A stretch of DNA of 64,000 bases from contig CAXKVF010000073.1 in the NCBI GenBank assembly GCA_964057225.1, forward strand, positions 868,001-932,000, in the 5' to 3' direction. The position numbers were made by a program, and so were the translations under genes. Shown piece by piece: positions 30,101 through 45,500 of this stretch (the first letter of the stretch is position 1; each line of letters starts with the position of its first letter). The notes below the pieces were generated by a model. That model made no database searches. It saw only the letters and a program-made list of their open reading frames with translations, and was not told the origin of the DNA. This DNA comes from Auanema rhodensis (taxonomy: Eukaryota; Animalia; Nematoda).

Positions 30101-33100
30101 TATCTTTCACGTGAAGCGAGTTACATACCAAGTGCACATCACGTGTACATTTAATTAGCATAAATTAAAGTTCACGTAAATTTCAAAGTCATGGTTACCA
30201 TGAACCAATATCAATAAAAATTTGTTTTTAGACTAATATGGACATGGGGAATCTAATTTTGAAAACCGCATCTCTTTATCTTTCACGTGAAGCGAGTTAC
30301 ATACCAAGTGCCCATCACGTGTACATTTAATTAGCATAAATTAAAGTTCACGTAAATTTCAAAGTCATGGTTACCATGCACCAATATCAATAAAAATTTG
30401 TTTTTAGACTAATATGGACATGGGGAATCTAATTTTGAAAACCGCATCTCGTTATCTTTCACGTGAAGCGAGTTACATACCAAGTGCACATCACGTGTAC
30501 ATTTAATTAGCATAAATTAAAGTTCACGTAAATTTCAAAGTCATGGTTACCATGCACCAATATCAATAAAAATTTGTTTTTAGACTAATATGGACATGGG
30601 GAATCTAATTTTGAAAACCGCATCTCTTTATCTTTCACGTGAAGCGAGTTACATACCAAGTGCCCATCACGTGTACATTTAATTAGCATAAATTAAATTT
30701 GTTTTTAGACTAATATGGACATGGGGAATCTAATTTTGAAAACCGCATCTCTTTATCTTTCACGTGAAGCGAGTTACATACCAAGTGCCCATCACGTGTA
30801 CATTTAATTAGCATAAATTAAAGTTCACGTAAATTTCAAAGTCATGGTTACCATGCACCAATATCAATAAAAATTTGTTTTTAAACTAATATGGATATGG
30901 GGAATCTAATTTTGAAAACCGCATCTCTTTATCTTTCACGTGAAGCGAGTTACATACCAAGTGCACATCACGTGTACATTTAATTAGCATAAATTAAAGT
31001 TCACGTAAATTTCAAAGTCATGGTTACCATGCACCAATATCGATAAAAATTTGTTTTTAGACTAATATGGACATGGGGAATCTAATTTTGAAAACCGCAT
31101 CTCTTTATCTTTCACGTGAAGCGAGTTACATACCAAGTGCACATCACGTGTACATTTAATTAGCATAAATTAAAGTTCACGTAAATTTCAAAGTCATGGT
31201 TACCATGAACCAATATCAATAAAAATTTGTTTTTAGACTAATATGGACATGGGGAATCTAATTTTGAAAACCGCATCTCTTTATCTTTCACGTGAAGCGA
31301 GTTACATACCAAGTGCACATCACGTGTACATTTAATTAGCATAAATTAAAGTTCACGTAAATTTCAAAGTCATGGTTACCATGAACCAATATCAATAAAA
31401 ATTTGTTTTTAGACTAATATGGACATGGGGAATCTAATTTTGAAAACCGCATCTCTTTATCTTTCACGTGAAGCGAGTTACATACCAAGTGCCCATCACG
31501 TGTACATTTAATTAGCATAAATTAAAGTTCACGTAAATTTCAAAGTCATGGTTACCATGCACCAATATCAATAAAAATTTGTTTTTAGACTAATATGGAC
31601 ATGGGGAATCTAATTTTGAAAACCGCATCTCGTTATCTTTCACGTGAAGCGAGTTACATACCAAGTGCACATCACGTGTACATTTAATTAGCATAAATTA
31701 AAGTTCACGTAAATTTCAAAGTCATGGTTACCATGCACCAATATCAATAAAAATTTGTTTTTAGACTAATATGGACATGGGGAATCTAATTTTGAAAACC
31801 GCATCTCTTTATCTTTCACGTGAAGCGAGTTACATACCAAGTGCACATCACGTGTACATTTAATTAGCATAAATTAAAGTTCACGTAAATTTCAAAGTCA
31901 TGGTTACCATGCACCAATATCAATAAAAATTTGTTTTTAGACTAATATGGACATGGGGAATCTAATTTTGGAAACCGCATCTCTTTATCTTTCACGTGAA
32001 GCGAGTTACATACCAAGTGCACATCACGTGTACATTTAATTAGCATAAATTAAAGTTCACGTAAATTTCAAAGTCATGGTTACCATGCACCAATATCAAT
32101 AAAAATTTGTTTTTAGACTAATATGGACATGGGGAATCTAATTTTGAAAACCGCATCTCTTTATCTTTCACGTGAAGCGAGTTACATACCATGTGCACAT
32201 CACGTGTACATTTAATTAGCATAAATTAAAGTTCACGTAAATTTCAAAGTCATGGTTACCATGAACCAATATCAATAAAAATTTGTTTTTAGACTAATAT
32301 GGACATGGGGAATCTAATTTTGAAAACCGCATCTCTTTATCTTTCACGTGAAGCGAGTTACATACCAAGTGCACATCACGTATACATTTAATTAGCATAA
32401 ATTAAAGTTCACGTAAATTTCAAAGTCATGGTTACCATGAACCAATATCAATAAAAATTTGTTTTTAGACTAATATGGACATGGGGAATCTAATTTTGAA
32501 AACCGCATCTCTTTATCTTTCACGTGAAGCGAGTTACATACCAAGTGCACATCACGTGTACATTTAATTAGCATAAATTAAAGTTCACGTAAATTTCAAA
32601 GTCATGGTTACCATGCACCAATATCAATGAAAATTTGTTTTTAGACTAATATGGACATGGGGAATCTAATTTTGAAAACCGCATCTCTTTATCTTTCACG
32701 TGAAGCGAGTTACATACCAAGTGCACATCACGTGTACATTTAATTAGCATAAATTAAAGTTCACGTAAATTTCAAAGTCATGGTTACCATGCACCAATAT
32801 CAATAAAAATTTGTTTTTAGACTAATATGGACATGGGGAATCTAATTTTGAAAACCGCATCTCTTTATCTTTCACGTGAAGCGAGTTACATACCAAGTGC
32901 ACATCACGTGTACATTTAATTAGCATAAATTAAAGTTCACGTAAATTTCAAAGTCATGGTTACCATGCACCAATATCAATACAAATTTGTTTTTAAACTA
33001 ATATGGACATGGGGAATCTAATTTTGAAAACCGCATCTCTTTATCTTTCACGTGAAGCGAGTTACATACCAAGTGCCCATCACGTGTACATTTAATTAGC

Positions 33101-36100
33101 ATAAATTAAAGTTCACGTAAATTTCAAAATCATGGTTACCATGCACCAATATCAATAAAAATTTGTTTTTAAACTAATATGGATATGGGGAATCTAATTT
33201 TGAAAACCGCATCTCTTTATCTTTCACGTGAAGCGAGTTACATACCAAGTGCACATCACGTGTACATTTAATTAGCATAAATTAAAGTTCACGTAAATTT
33301 CAAAGTCATGGTTACCATGCACCAATATCGATAAAAATTTGTTTTTAGACTAATATGGACATGGGGAATCTAATTTTGAAAACCGCATCTCTTTATCTTT
33401 CACGTGAAGCGAGTTACATACCAAGTGCACATCACGTGTACATTTAATTAGCATAAATTAAAGTTCACGTAAATTTCAAAGTCATGGTTACCATGAACCA
33501 ATATCAATAAAAATTTGTTTTTAGACTAATATGGACATGGGGAATCTAATTTTGAAAACCGCATCTCTTTATCTTTCACGTGAAGCGAGTTACATACCAA
33601 GTGCACATCACGTGTACATTTAATTAGCATAAATTAAAGTTCACGTAAATTTCAAAGTCATGGTTACCATGAACCAATATCAATAAAAATTTGTTTTTAG
33701 ACTAATATGGACATGGGGAATCTAATTTTGAAAACCGCATCTCTTTATCTTTCACGTGAAGCGAGTTACATACCAAGTGCCCATCACGTGTACATTTAAT
33801 TAGCATAAATTAAAGTTCACGTAAATTTCAAAGTCATGGTTACCATGCACCAATATCAATAAAAATTTGTTTTTAGACTAATATGGACATGGGGAATCTA
33901 ATTTTGAAAACCGCATCTCGTTATCTTTCACGTGAAGCGAGTTACATACCAAGTGCACATCACGTGTACATTTAATTAGCATAAATTAAAGTTCACGTAA
34001 ATTTCAAAGTCATGGTTACCATGCACCAATATCAATAAAAATTTGTTTTTAGACTAATATGGACATGGGGAATCTAATTTTGAAAACCGCATCTCTTTAT
34101 CTTTCACGTGAAGCGAGTTACATACCAAGTGCACATCACGTGTACATTTAATTAGCATAAATTAAAGTTCACGTAAATTTCAAAGTCATGGTTACCATGC
34201 ACCAATATCAATAAAAATTTGTTTTTAGACTAATATGGACATGGGGAATCTAATTTTGAAACCGCATCTCTTTATCTTTCACGTGAAGCGAGTTACATAC
34301 CAAGTGCACATCACGTGTACATTTAATTAGCATAAATTAAAGTTCACGTAAATTTCAAAGTCATGGTTACCATGCACCAATATCAATAAAAATTTGTTTT
34401 TAGACTAATATGGACATGGGGAATCTAATTTTGAAAACCGCATCTCTTTATCTTTCACGTGAAGCGAGTTACATACCAAGTGCACATCACGTGTACATTT
34501 AATTAGCATAAATTAAAGTTCATGTAAATTTCAAAGTCATGGTTACCATGCACCAATATCAATAAAAATTTGTTTTTAGACTAATATGGACATGGGGAAT
34601 CTAATTTTGAAAACCGCATCTCTTCATCTTTCACGTGAAGCGAGTTACATACCAAGTGCACATCACGTGTACATTTAATTAGCATAAATTAAAGTTCACG
34701 TAAATTTCAAAGTCATGGTTACCATGAACCAATATCAATAAAAATTTGTTTTTCGACTAATATGGACATGGGGAATCTAATTTTGAAAACCGCATCTCTT
34801 TATCTTTCACGTGAAGCGAGTTACATACCAAGTGCACATCACGTGTACATTTAATTAGCATAAATTAAAGTTCACGTAAATTTCAAAGTCATGGTTACCA
34901 TGCACCAATATCAATAAAAATTTGTTTTTAGACTAATATGGACATGGGGAATCTAATTTTGAAACCGCATCTCTTTATCTTTCACGTGAAGCGAGTTACA
35001 TACCAAGTGCACATCACGTGTACATTTAATTAGCATAAATTAAAGTTCACGTAAATTTCAAAGTCATGGTTACCATGCACCAATATCAATAAAAATTTGT
35101 TTTTAGACTAATATGGACATGGGGAATCTAATTTTGAAAACCGCATCTCTTTATCTTTCACGTGAAGCGAGTTACATACCAAGTGCACATCACGTGTACA
35201 TTTAATTAGCATAAATTAAAGTTCATGTAAATTTCAAAGTCATGGTTACCATGCACCAATATCAATAAAAATTTGTTTTTAGACTAATATGGACATGGGG
35301 AATCTAATTTTGAAAACCGCATCTCTTCATCTTTCACGTGAAGCGAGTTACATACCAAGTGCACATCACGTGTACATTTAATTAGCATAAATTAAAGTTC
35401 ACGTAAATTTCAAAGTCATGGTTACCATGAACCAATATCAATAAAAATTTGTTTTTCGACTAATATGGACATGGGGAATCTAATTTTGAAAACCGCATCT
35501 CTTTATCTTTCACGTGAAGCGAGTTACATACCAAGTGCACATCACGTGTACATTTAATTAGCATAAATTAAAGTTCACGTAAATTTCAAAGTCATGGTTA
35601 CCATGCACCAATATCAATAAAAATTTGTTTTTAAACTAATATGGACATGGGGAATCTAATTTTGAAAACCGCATCTCTTTATCTTTCACGTGAAGCGAGT
35701 TACATACCAAGTGCACATCACGTGTACATTTAATTAGCATAAATTAAAGTTCACGTAACTTTCAAAGTCATGGTTACCATGCACCAATATCAATAAAAAT
35801 TTGTTTTTAGACTAATATGGACATGGGGAATCTAATTTTGAAAACCGCATCTCTTTATCTTTCACGTGAAGCGAGCTACATACTAAGTGCACATCACGTG
35901 TACATTTAATTAGCATAAATTAAAGTTCACGTAAATTTCAAAGTCATGGTTACCATGAACCAATATCAATAAAAATTTGTTTTTAGACTAATATGGACAT
36001 GGGGAATCTAATTTTGAAAACCGCATCTCTTTATCTTTCACGTGAAGCGAGTTACATACCAAGTGCACATCACGTGTACATTTAATTAGCATAAATTAAA

Positions 36101-38920
36101 GTTCACGTAAATTTCAAAGTCATGGTTACCATGCACCAATATCAATACAAATTTGTTTTTAAACTAATATGGACATGAGGAATCTAATTTTGAAAACCGC
36201 ATCTCTTTATCTTTCACGTGAAGCGAGTTACATACCAAGTGCACATCACGTGTACATTTAATTAGCATAAATTAAAGTTCACGTAAATTTCAAAGTCATG
36301 GTTACCATGCACCAATATCGATAAAAATTTGTTTTTAGACTAATATGGACATGGGGAATCTAATTTTGAAAACCGCATCTCTTTATCTTTCACGTGAAGC
36401 GAGTTACATACCAAGTGCACATCACGTGTACATTTAATTAGCATAAATTAAAGTTCACGTAAATTTCAAAGTCATGGTTACCATGCACCAATATCAATAA
36501 AAATTTGTTTTTAAACTAATATGGACATGGGGAATCTAATTTTGAAAACCGCATCTCTTTATCTTTCACGTGAAGCGAGTTACATACCAAGTGCCCATCA
36601 CGTGTACATTTAATTAGCATAAATTAAAGTTCACGTAAATTTCAAAGTCATGGTTACCATGCACCAATATCAATAAAAATTTGTTTTTAGACTAATATGG
36701 ACATGGGGAATCTAATTTTGAAAACCGCATCTCGTTATCTTTCACGTGAAGCGAGTTACATACCAAGTGCACATCACGTGTACATTTAATTAGCATAAAT
36801 TAAAGTTCACGTAAATTTCAAAGTCATGGTTACCATGCACCAATATCAATAAAAATTTGTTTTTAGACTAATATGGACATGGGGGAATCTAATTTTGAAA
36901 ACCGCATCTCTTTATCTTTCACGTGAAGCGAGTTACATACCAAGTGCACATCACGTGTACATTTAATTAGCATAAATTAAAGTTCACGTAAATTTCAAAG
37001 TCATGGTTACCATGCACCAATATCAATAAAAATTTGTTTTTAGACTAATATGGACATGGGGAATCTAATTTTGGAAACCGCATCTCTTTATCTTTCACGT
37101 GAAGCGAGTTACATACCAAGTGCACATCACGTGTACATTTAATTAGCATAAATTAAAGTTCACGTAAATTTCAAAGTCATGGTTACCATGCACCAATATC
37201 AATAAAAATTTGTTTTTAGACTAATATGGACATGGGGAATCTAATTTTGAAAACCGCATCTCTTTATCTTTCACGTGAAGCGAGTTACATACCAAGTGCA
37301 CATCACGTGTACATTTAATTAGCATAAATTAAAGTTCACGTAAATTTCAAAGTCATGGTTACCATGCACCAATATCAATAAAAATTTGTTTTTAGACTAA
37401 TATGGACATGGGGAATCTAATTTTGAAAACCGCATCTCTTCATCTTTCACGTGAAGCGAGTTACATACCAAGTGCACATCACGTGTACATTTAATTAGCA
37501 TAAATTAAAGTTCACGTAAATTTCAAAGTCATGGTTACCATGAACCAATATCAATAAAAATTTGTTTTTCGACTAATATGGACATGGGGAATCTAATTTT
37601 GAAAACCGCATCTCTTTATCTTTCACGTGAAGCGAGTTACATACCAAGTGCACATCACGTGTACATTTAATTAGCATAAATTAAAGTTCACGTAAATTTC
37701 AAAGTCATGGTTACCATGAACCAATATCAATAAAAATTTGTTTTTCGACTAATATGGACATGGGGAATCTAATTTTGAAAACCGCATCTCTTTATCTTTC
37801 ACGTGAAGCGAGTTACATACCAAGTGCACATCACGTGTACATTTAATTAGCATAAATTAAAGTTCACGTAAATTTCAAAGTCATGGTTACCATGCACCAA
37901 TATCAATAAAAATTTGTTTTTAAACTAATATGGACATGGGGAATCTAATTTTGAAAACCGCATCTCTTTATCTTTCACGTGAAGCGAGTTACATACCAAG
38001 TGCACATCACGTGTACATTTAATTAGCATAAATTAAAGTTCACGTAACTTTCAAAGTCATGGTTACCATGCACCAATATCAATAAAAATTTGTTTTTAGA
38101 CTAATATGGACATGGGGAATCTAATTTTGGAAACCGCATCTCTTTATCTTTCACGTGAAGCGAGCTACATACTAAGTGCACATCACGTGTACATTTAATT
38201 AGCATAAATTAAAGTTCACGTAAATTTCAAAGTCATGGTTACCATGAACCAATATCAATAAAAATTTGTTTTTAGACTAATATGGACATGGGGAATCTAA
38301 TTTTGAAAACCGCATCTCTTTATCTTTCACGTGAAGCGAGTTACATACCAAGTGCACATCACGTGTACATTTAATTAGCATAAATTAAAGTTCACGTAAA
38401 TTTCAAAGTCATGGTTACCATGCACCAATATCAATACAAATTTGTTTTTAAACTAATATGGACATGAGGAATCTAATTTTGAAAACCGCATCTCTTTATC
38501 TTTCACGTGAAGCGAGTTACATACCAAGTGCACATCACGTGTACATTTAATTAGCATAAATTAAAGTTCACGTAAATTTCAAAGTCATGGTTACCATGCA
38601 CCAATATCGATAAAAATTTGTTTTTAGACTAATATGGACATGGGGAATCTAATTTTGAAAACCGCATCTCTTTATCTTTCACGTGAAGCGAGTTACATAC
38701 CAAGTGCACATCACGTGTACATTTAATTAGCATAAATTAAAGTTCACGTAAATTTCAAAGTCATGGTTACCATGCACCAATATCAATAAAAATTTGTTTT
38801 TAAACTAATATGGACATGGGGAATCTAATTTTGAAAACCGCATCTCTTTATCTTTCACGTGAAGCGAGTTACATACCAAGTGCACATCACGTGTACATTT
38901 AATTAGCATAAATTAAAGTT
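24130..38920 (+). repeat. Copy 1 of a ~15-kb tandem segmental duplication inside the array
   Basis: An ordered series of rare markers is shared with 39570-53830: TTGTGAAA 24801/40237 and 27793/43229; 51-bp deletion 30697/45958; CAATGA ~32625/47886; CAAAATC ~33125/48210; 1-bp deletions ~34260/49345 and ~34963/50048; G5 36881/51790. Boundaries are approximate. Confidence 0.9.
30625..30749 (+). repeat. Truncated 125-bp monomer (51-bp internal deletion, junction 30697/30698)
   Basis: AATTAAA|TTTGTTTTTAGAC: consensus positions 74-124 are missing, the array phase shifts by 51 bp, and there is AAA microhomology at the junction. Confidence 0.95.
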
Positions 38921-39569
38921 CACGTAACTTTCAAAGTCATGGTTACCATGCACCAATATCAATAAAAATTTGTTTTTAGACTAATATGGACATGGGGAAT
39001 CTAATTTTGAAAACCGCATCTCTTTATCTTTCACGTGAAGCGAGCTACATACTAAGTGCACATCACGTGTACATTTAATTAGCATAAATTAAAGTTCACG
39101 TAAATTTCAAAGTCATGGTTACCATGAACCAATATCAATAAAAATTTGTTTTTAGACTAATATGGACATGGGGAATCTAATTTTGAAAACCGCATCTCTT
39201 TATCTTTCACGTGAAGCGAGTTACATACCAAGTGCACATCACGTGTACATTTAATTAGCATAAATTAAAGTTCACGTAAATTTCAAAGTCATGGTTACCA
39301 TGCACCAATATCAATACAAATTTGTTTTTAAACTAATATGGACATGAGGAATCTAATTTTGAAAACCGCATCTCTTTATCTTTCACGTGAAGCGAGTTAC
39401 ATACCAAGTGCACATCACGTGTACATTTAATTAGCATAAATTAAAGTTCACGTAAATTTCAAAGTCATGGTTACCATGCACCAATATCGATAAAAATTTG
39501 TTTTTAGACTAATATGGACATGGGGAATCTAATTTTGAAAACCGCATCTCTTTATCTTTCACGTGAAGC

Positions 39570-42500
39570 GAGTTACATACCAAGTGCACATCACGTGTAC
39601 ATTTAATTAGCATAAATTAAAGTTCACGTAAATTTCAAAGTCATGGTTACAATGCACCAATATCAATAAAAATTTGTTTTTAGACTAATATGGACATGGG
39701 GAATCTAATTTTGAAAACCGCATCTCTTTATCTTTCACTTGAAGCGAGTTACATACCAAGTGCACATCACGTGTACATTTAATTAGCATAAATTAAAGTT
39801 CACGTAAATTTCAAAGTCATGGTTACAATGCACCAATATCAATAAAAATTTGTTTTTAAACTAATATGGACATGGGGAATCTAATTTTGGAAACCGCATC
39901 TCTTTATCTTTCACGTGAAGCGAGTTACATACCAAGTGCACATCACGTGTACATTTAATTAGCATAAATTAAAGTTCACGTAAATTTCAAAGTCATGGTT
40001 ACCATGCACCAATATCAATAAAAATTTGTTTTTAGACTAATATGGACATGGGGAATCTAATTTTGAAAACCGCATCTCTTTATCTTTCACGTGAAGCGAG
40101 TTACATACCAAGTGCACATCACGTGTACATTTAATTAGCATAAATTAAAGTTCACGTAAATTTCAAAGTCATGGTTACCATGAACCAATATCAATAAAAA
40201 TTTGTTTTTAGACTAATATGGACATGGGGAATCTAATTGTGAAAACCGCATCTCTTTATCTTTCACGTGAAGCGAGTTACATACCAAGTGCACATCACGT
40301 GTACATTTAATTAGCATAAATTAAAGTTCACGTAAATTTCAAAGTCATGGTTACCATGAACCAATATCAATAAAAATTTGTTTTTAGACTAATATGGACA
40401 TGGGGAATCTAATTTTGAAAACCGCATCTCTTTATCTTTCACGTGAAGCGAGTTACATACCAAGTGCACATCACGTGTACATTTAATTAGCATAAATTAA
40501 AGTTCACGTAAATTTCAAAGTCATGGTTACCATGCACCAATATCAATAAAAATTTGTTTTTAGACTAATATGGACATGGGGAATCTAATTTTGAAAACCG
40601 CATCTCTTCATCTTTCACGTGAAGCGAGTTACATACCAAGTGCACATCACGTGTACATTTAATTAGCATAAATTAAAGTTCACGTAAATTTCAAAGTCAT
40701 GGTTACCATGAACCAATATCAATAAAAATTTGTTTTTCGACTAATATGGACATGGGGAATCTAATTTTGAAAACCGCATCTCTTTATCTTTCACGTGAAG
40801 CGAGTTACATACCAAGTGCACATCACGTGTACATTTAATTAGCATAAATTAAAGTTCACGTAAATTTCAAAGTCATGGTTACCATGCACCAATATCAATA
40901 AAAATTTGTTTTTAAACTAATATGGACATGGGGAATCTAATTTTGAAAACCGCATCTCTTTATCTTTCACGTGAAGCGAGTTACATACCAAGTGCACATC
41001 ACGTGTACATTTAATTAGCATAAATTAAAGTTCACGTAACTTTCAAAGTCATGGTTACCATGCACCAATATCAATAAAAATTTGTTTTTAGACTAATATG
41101 GACATGGGGAATCTAATTTTGAAAACCGCATCTCTTTATCTTTCACGTGAAGCGAACTACATACTAAGTGCACATCACGTGTACATTTAATTAGCATAAA
41201 TTAAAGTTCACGTAAATTTCAAAGTCATGGTTACCATGAACCAATATCAATAAAAATTTGTTTTTATACTAATATGGAAATGAGGAATCTAATTTTGAAA
41301 ACCGCATCTCTTTATCTTTCACGTGAAGCGAGTTACATACCAAGTGCACATCACGTGTACATTTAATTAGCATAAATTAAAGTTCACGTAAATTTCAAAG
41401 TCATGGTTACCATGCACCAATATCAATACAAATTTGTTTTTAAACTAATATGGAAATGAGGAATCTAATTTTGAAAACCGCATCTCTTTATCTTTCACGT
41501 GAAGCGAGTTACATACCAAGTGCACATCACGTGTACATTTAATTAGCATAAATTAAAGTTCACGTAAATTTCAAAGTCATGGTTACCATGCACCAATATC
41601 GATAAAAATTTGTTTTTAGACTAATATGGACATGGGGAATCTAATTTTGAAAACCGCATCTCTTTATCTTTCACGTGAAGCGAGTTACATACCAAGTGCA
41701 CATCACGTGTACATTTAATTAGCATAAATTAAAGTTCACGTAAATTTCAAAGTCATGGTTACCATGAACCAATATCAATAAAAATTTGTTTTTAGACTAA
41801 TATGGACATGGGGAATCTAATTTTGAAAACCGCATCTCTTTATCTTTCACGTGAAGCGAGTTACATACCAAGTGCACATCACGTGTACATTTAATTAGCA
41901 TAAATTAAAGTTCACGTAAATTTCAAAGTCATGGTTACCATGAACCAATATCAATAAAAATTTGTTTTTAGACTAATATGGACATGGGGAATCTAATTTT
42001 GAAAACCGCATCTCTTTATCTTTCACGTGAAGCGAGTTACATACCAAGTGCCCATCACGTGTACATTTAATTAGCATAAATTAAAGTTCACGTAAATTTC
42101 AAAGTCATGGTTACCATGCACCAATATCAATAAAAATTTGTTTTTAAACTAATATGGATATGGGGAATCTAATTTTGAAAACCGCATCTCTTTATCTTTC
42201 ACGTGAAGCGAGTTACATACCAAGTGCACATCACGTGTACATTTAATTAGCATAAATTAAAGTTCACGTAAATTTCAAAGTCATGGTTACCATGCACCAA
42301 TATCGATAAAAATTTGTTTTTAGACTAATATGGACATGGGGAATCTAATTTTGAAAACCGCATCTCTTTATCTTTCACGTGAAGCGAGTTACATACCAAG
42401 TGCACATCACGTGTACATTTAATTAGCATAAATTAAAGTTCACGTAAATTTCAAAGTCATGGTTACCATGAACCAATATCAATAAAAATTTGTTTTTAGA

Positions 42501-45500
42501 CTAATATGGACATGGGGAATCTAATTTTGAAAACCGCATCTCTTTATCTTTCACGTGAAGCGAGTTACATACCAAGTGCACATCACGTGTACATTTAATT
42601 AGCATAAATTAAAGTTCACGTAAATTTCAAAGTCATGGTTACCATGAACCAATATCAATAAAAATTTGTTTTTAGACTAATATGGACATGGGGAATCTAA
42701 TTTTGAAAACCGCATCTCTTTATCTTTCACGTGAAGCGAGTTACATACCAAGTGCCCATCACGTGTACATTTAATTAGCATAAATTAAAGTTCACGTAAA
42801 TTTCAAAGTCATGGTTACCATGCACCAATATCAATAAAAATTTGTTTTTAGACTAATATGGACATGGGGAATCTAATTTTGAAAACCGCATCTCGTTATC
42901 TTTCACGTGAAGCGAGTTACATACCAAGTGCACATCACGTGTACATTCAATTAGCATAAATTAAAGTTCACGTAAATTTCAAAGTCATGGTTACCATGCA
43001 CCAATATCAATAAAAATTTGTTTTTAGACTAATATGGACATGGGGAATCTAATTTTGAAAACCGCATCTCTTTATCTTTCACGTGAAGCGAGTTACATAC
43101 CAAGTGCACATCACGTATACATTTAATTAGCATAAATTAAAGTTCACGTAAATTTCAAAGTCATGGTTACCATGAACCAATATCAATAAAAATTTGTTTT
43201 TAGACTAATATGGACATGGGGAATCTAATTGTGAAAACCGCATCTCTTTATCTTTCACGTGAAGCGAGTTACATACCAAGTGCACATCACGTGTACATTT
43301 AATTAGCATAAATTAAAGTTCACGTAAATTTCAAAGTCATGGTTACCATGAACCAATATCAATAAAAATTTGTTTTTAGACTAATATGGACATGGGGAAT
43401 CTAATTTTGAAAACCGCATCTCTTTATCTTTCACGTGAAGCGAGTTACATACCAAGTGCACATCACGTGTACATTTAATTAGCATAAATTAAAGTTCACG
43501 TAAATTTCAAAGTCATGGTTACCATGCACCAATATCAATAAAAATTTGTTTTTAGACTAATATGGACATGGGGAATCTAATTTTGAAAACCGCATCTCTT
43601 CATCTTTCACGTGAAGCGAGTTACATACCAAGTGCACATCACGTGTACATTTAATTAGCATAAATTAAAGTTCACGTAAATTTCAAAGTCATGGTTACCA
43701 TGAACCAATATCAATAAAAATTTGTTTTTCGACTAATATGGACATGGGGAATCTAATTTTGAAAACCGCATCTCTTTATCTTTCACGTGAAGCGAGTTAC
43801 ATACCAAGTGCACATCACGTGTACATTTAATTAGCATAAATTAAAGTTCACGTAAATTTCAAAGTCATGGTTACCATGCACCAATATCAATAAAAATTTG
43901 TTTTTAAACTAATATGGACATGGGGAATCTAATTTTGAAAACCGCATCTCTTTATCTTTCACGTGAAGCGAGTTACATACCAAGTGCACATCACGTGTAC
44001 ATTTAATTAGCATAAATTAAAGTTCACGTAACTTTCAAAGTCATGGTTACCATGCACCAATATCAATAAAAATTTGTTTTTAGACTAATATGGACATGGG
44101 GAATCTAATTTTGAAAACCGCATCTCTTTATCTTTCACGTGAAGCGAGCTACATACTAAGTGCACATCACGTGTACATTTAATTAGCATAAATTAAAGTT
44201 CACGTAAATTTCAAAGTCATGGTTACCATGAACCAATATCAATAAAAATTTGTTTTTATACTAATATGGAAATGAGGAATCTAATTTTGAAAACCGCATC
44301 TCTTTATCTTTCACGTGAAGCGAGTTACATACCAAGTGCACATCACGTGTACATTTAATTAGCATAAATTAAAGTTCACGTAAATTTCAAAGTCATGGTT
44401 ACCATGCACCAATATCAATACAAATTTGTTTTTAAACTAATATGGAAATGAGGAATCTAATTTTGAAAACCGCATCTCTTTATCTTTCACGTGAAGCGAG
44501 TTACATACCAAGTGCACATCACGTGTACATTTAATTAGCATAAATTAAAGTTCACGTAAATTTCAAAGTCATGGTTACCATGAACCAATATCAATAAAAA
44601 TTTGTTTTTAGACTAATATGGACATGGGGAATCTAATTTTGAAAACCGCATCTCTTTATCTTTCACGTGAAGCGAGTTACATACCAAGTGCACATCACGT
44701 GTACATTTAATTAGCATAAATTAAAGTTCACGTAAATTTCAAAGTCATGGTTACCATGAACCAATATCAATAAAAAATTTGTTTTTAGACTAATATGGAC
44801 ATGGGGAATCTAATTTTGAAAACCGCATCTCTTTATCTTTCACGTGAAGCGAGTTACATACCAAGTGCCCATCACGTGTACATTTAATTAGCATAAATTA
44901 AAGTTCACGTAAATTTCAAAGTCATGGTTACCATGCACCAATATCAATAAAAATTTGTTTTTAAACTAATATGGATATGGGGAATCTAATTTTGAAAACC
45001 GCATCTCTTTATCTTTCACGTGAAGCGAGTTACATACCAAGTGCACATCACGTGTACATTTAATTAGCATAAATTAAAGTTCACGTAAATTTCAAAGTCA
45101 TGGTTACCATGCACCAATATCGATAAAAATTTGTTTTTAGACTAATATGGACATGGGGAATCTAATTTTGAAAACCGCATCTCTTTATCTTTCACGTGAA
45201 GCGAGTTACATACCAAGTGCACATCACGTGTACATTTAATTAGCATAAATTAAAGTTCACGTAAATTTCAAAGTCATGGTTACCATGAACCAATATCAAT
45301 AAAAATTTGTTTTTAGACTAATATGGACATGGGGAATCTAATTTTGAAAACCGCATCTCTTTATCTTTCACGTGAAGCGAGTTACATACCAAGTGCACAT
45401 CACGTGTACATTTAATTAGCATAAATTAAAGTTCACGTAAATTTCAAAGTCATGGTTACCATGAACCAATATCAATAAAAATTTGTTTTTAGACTAATAT

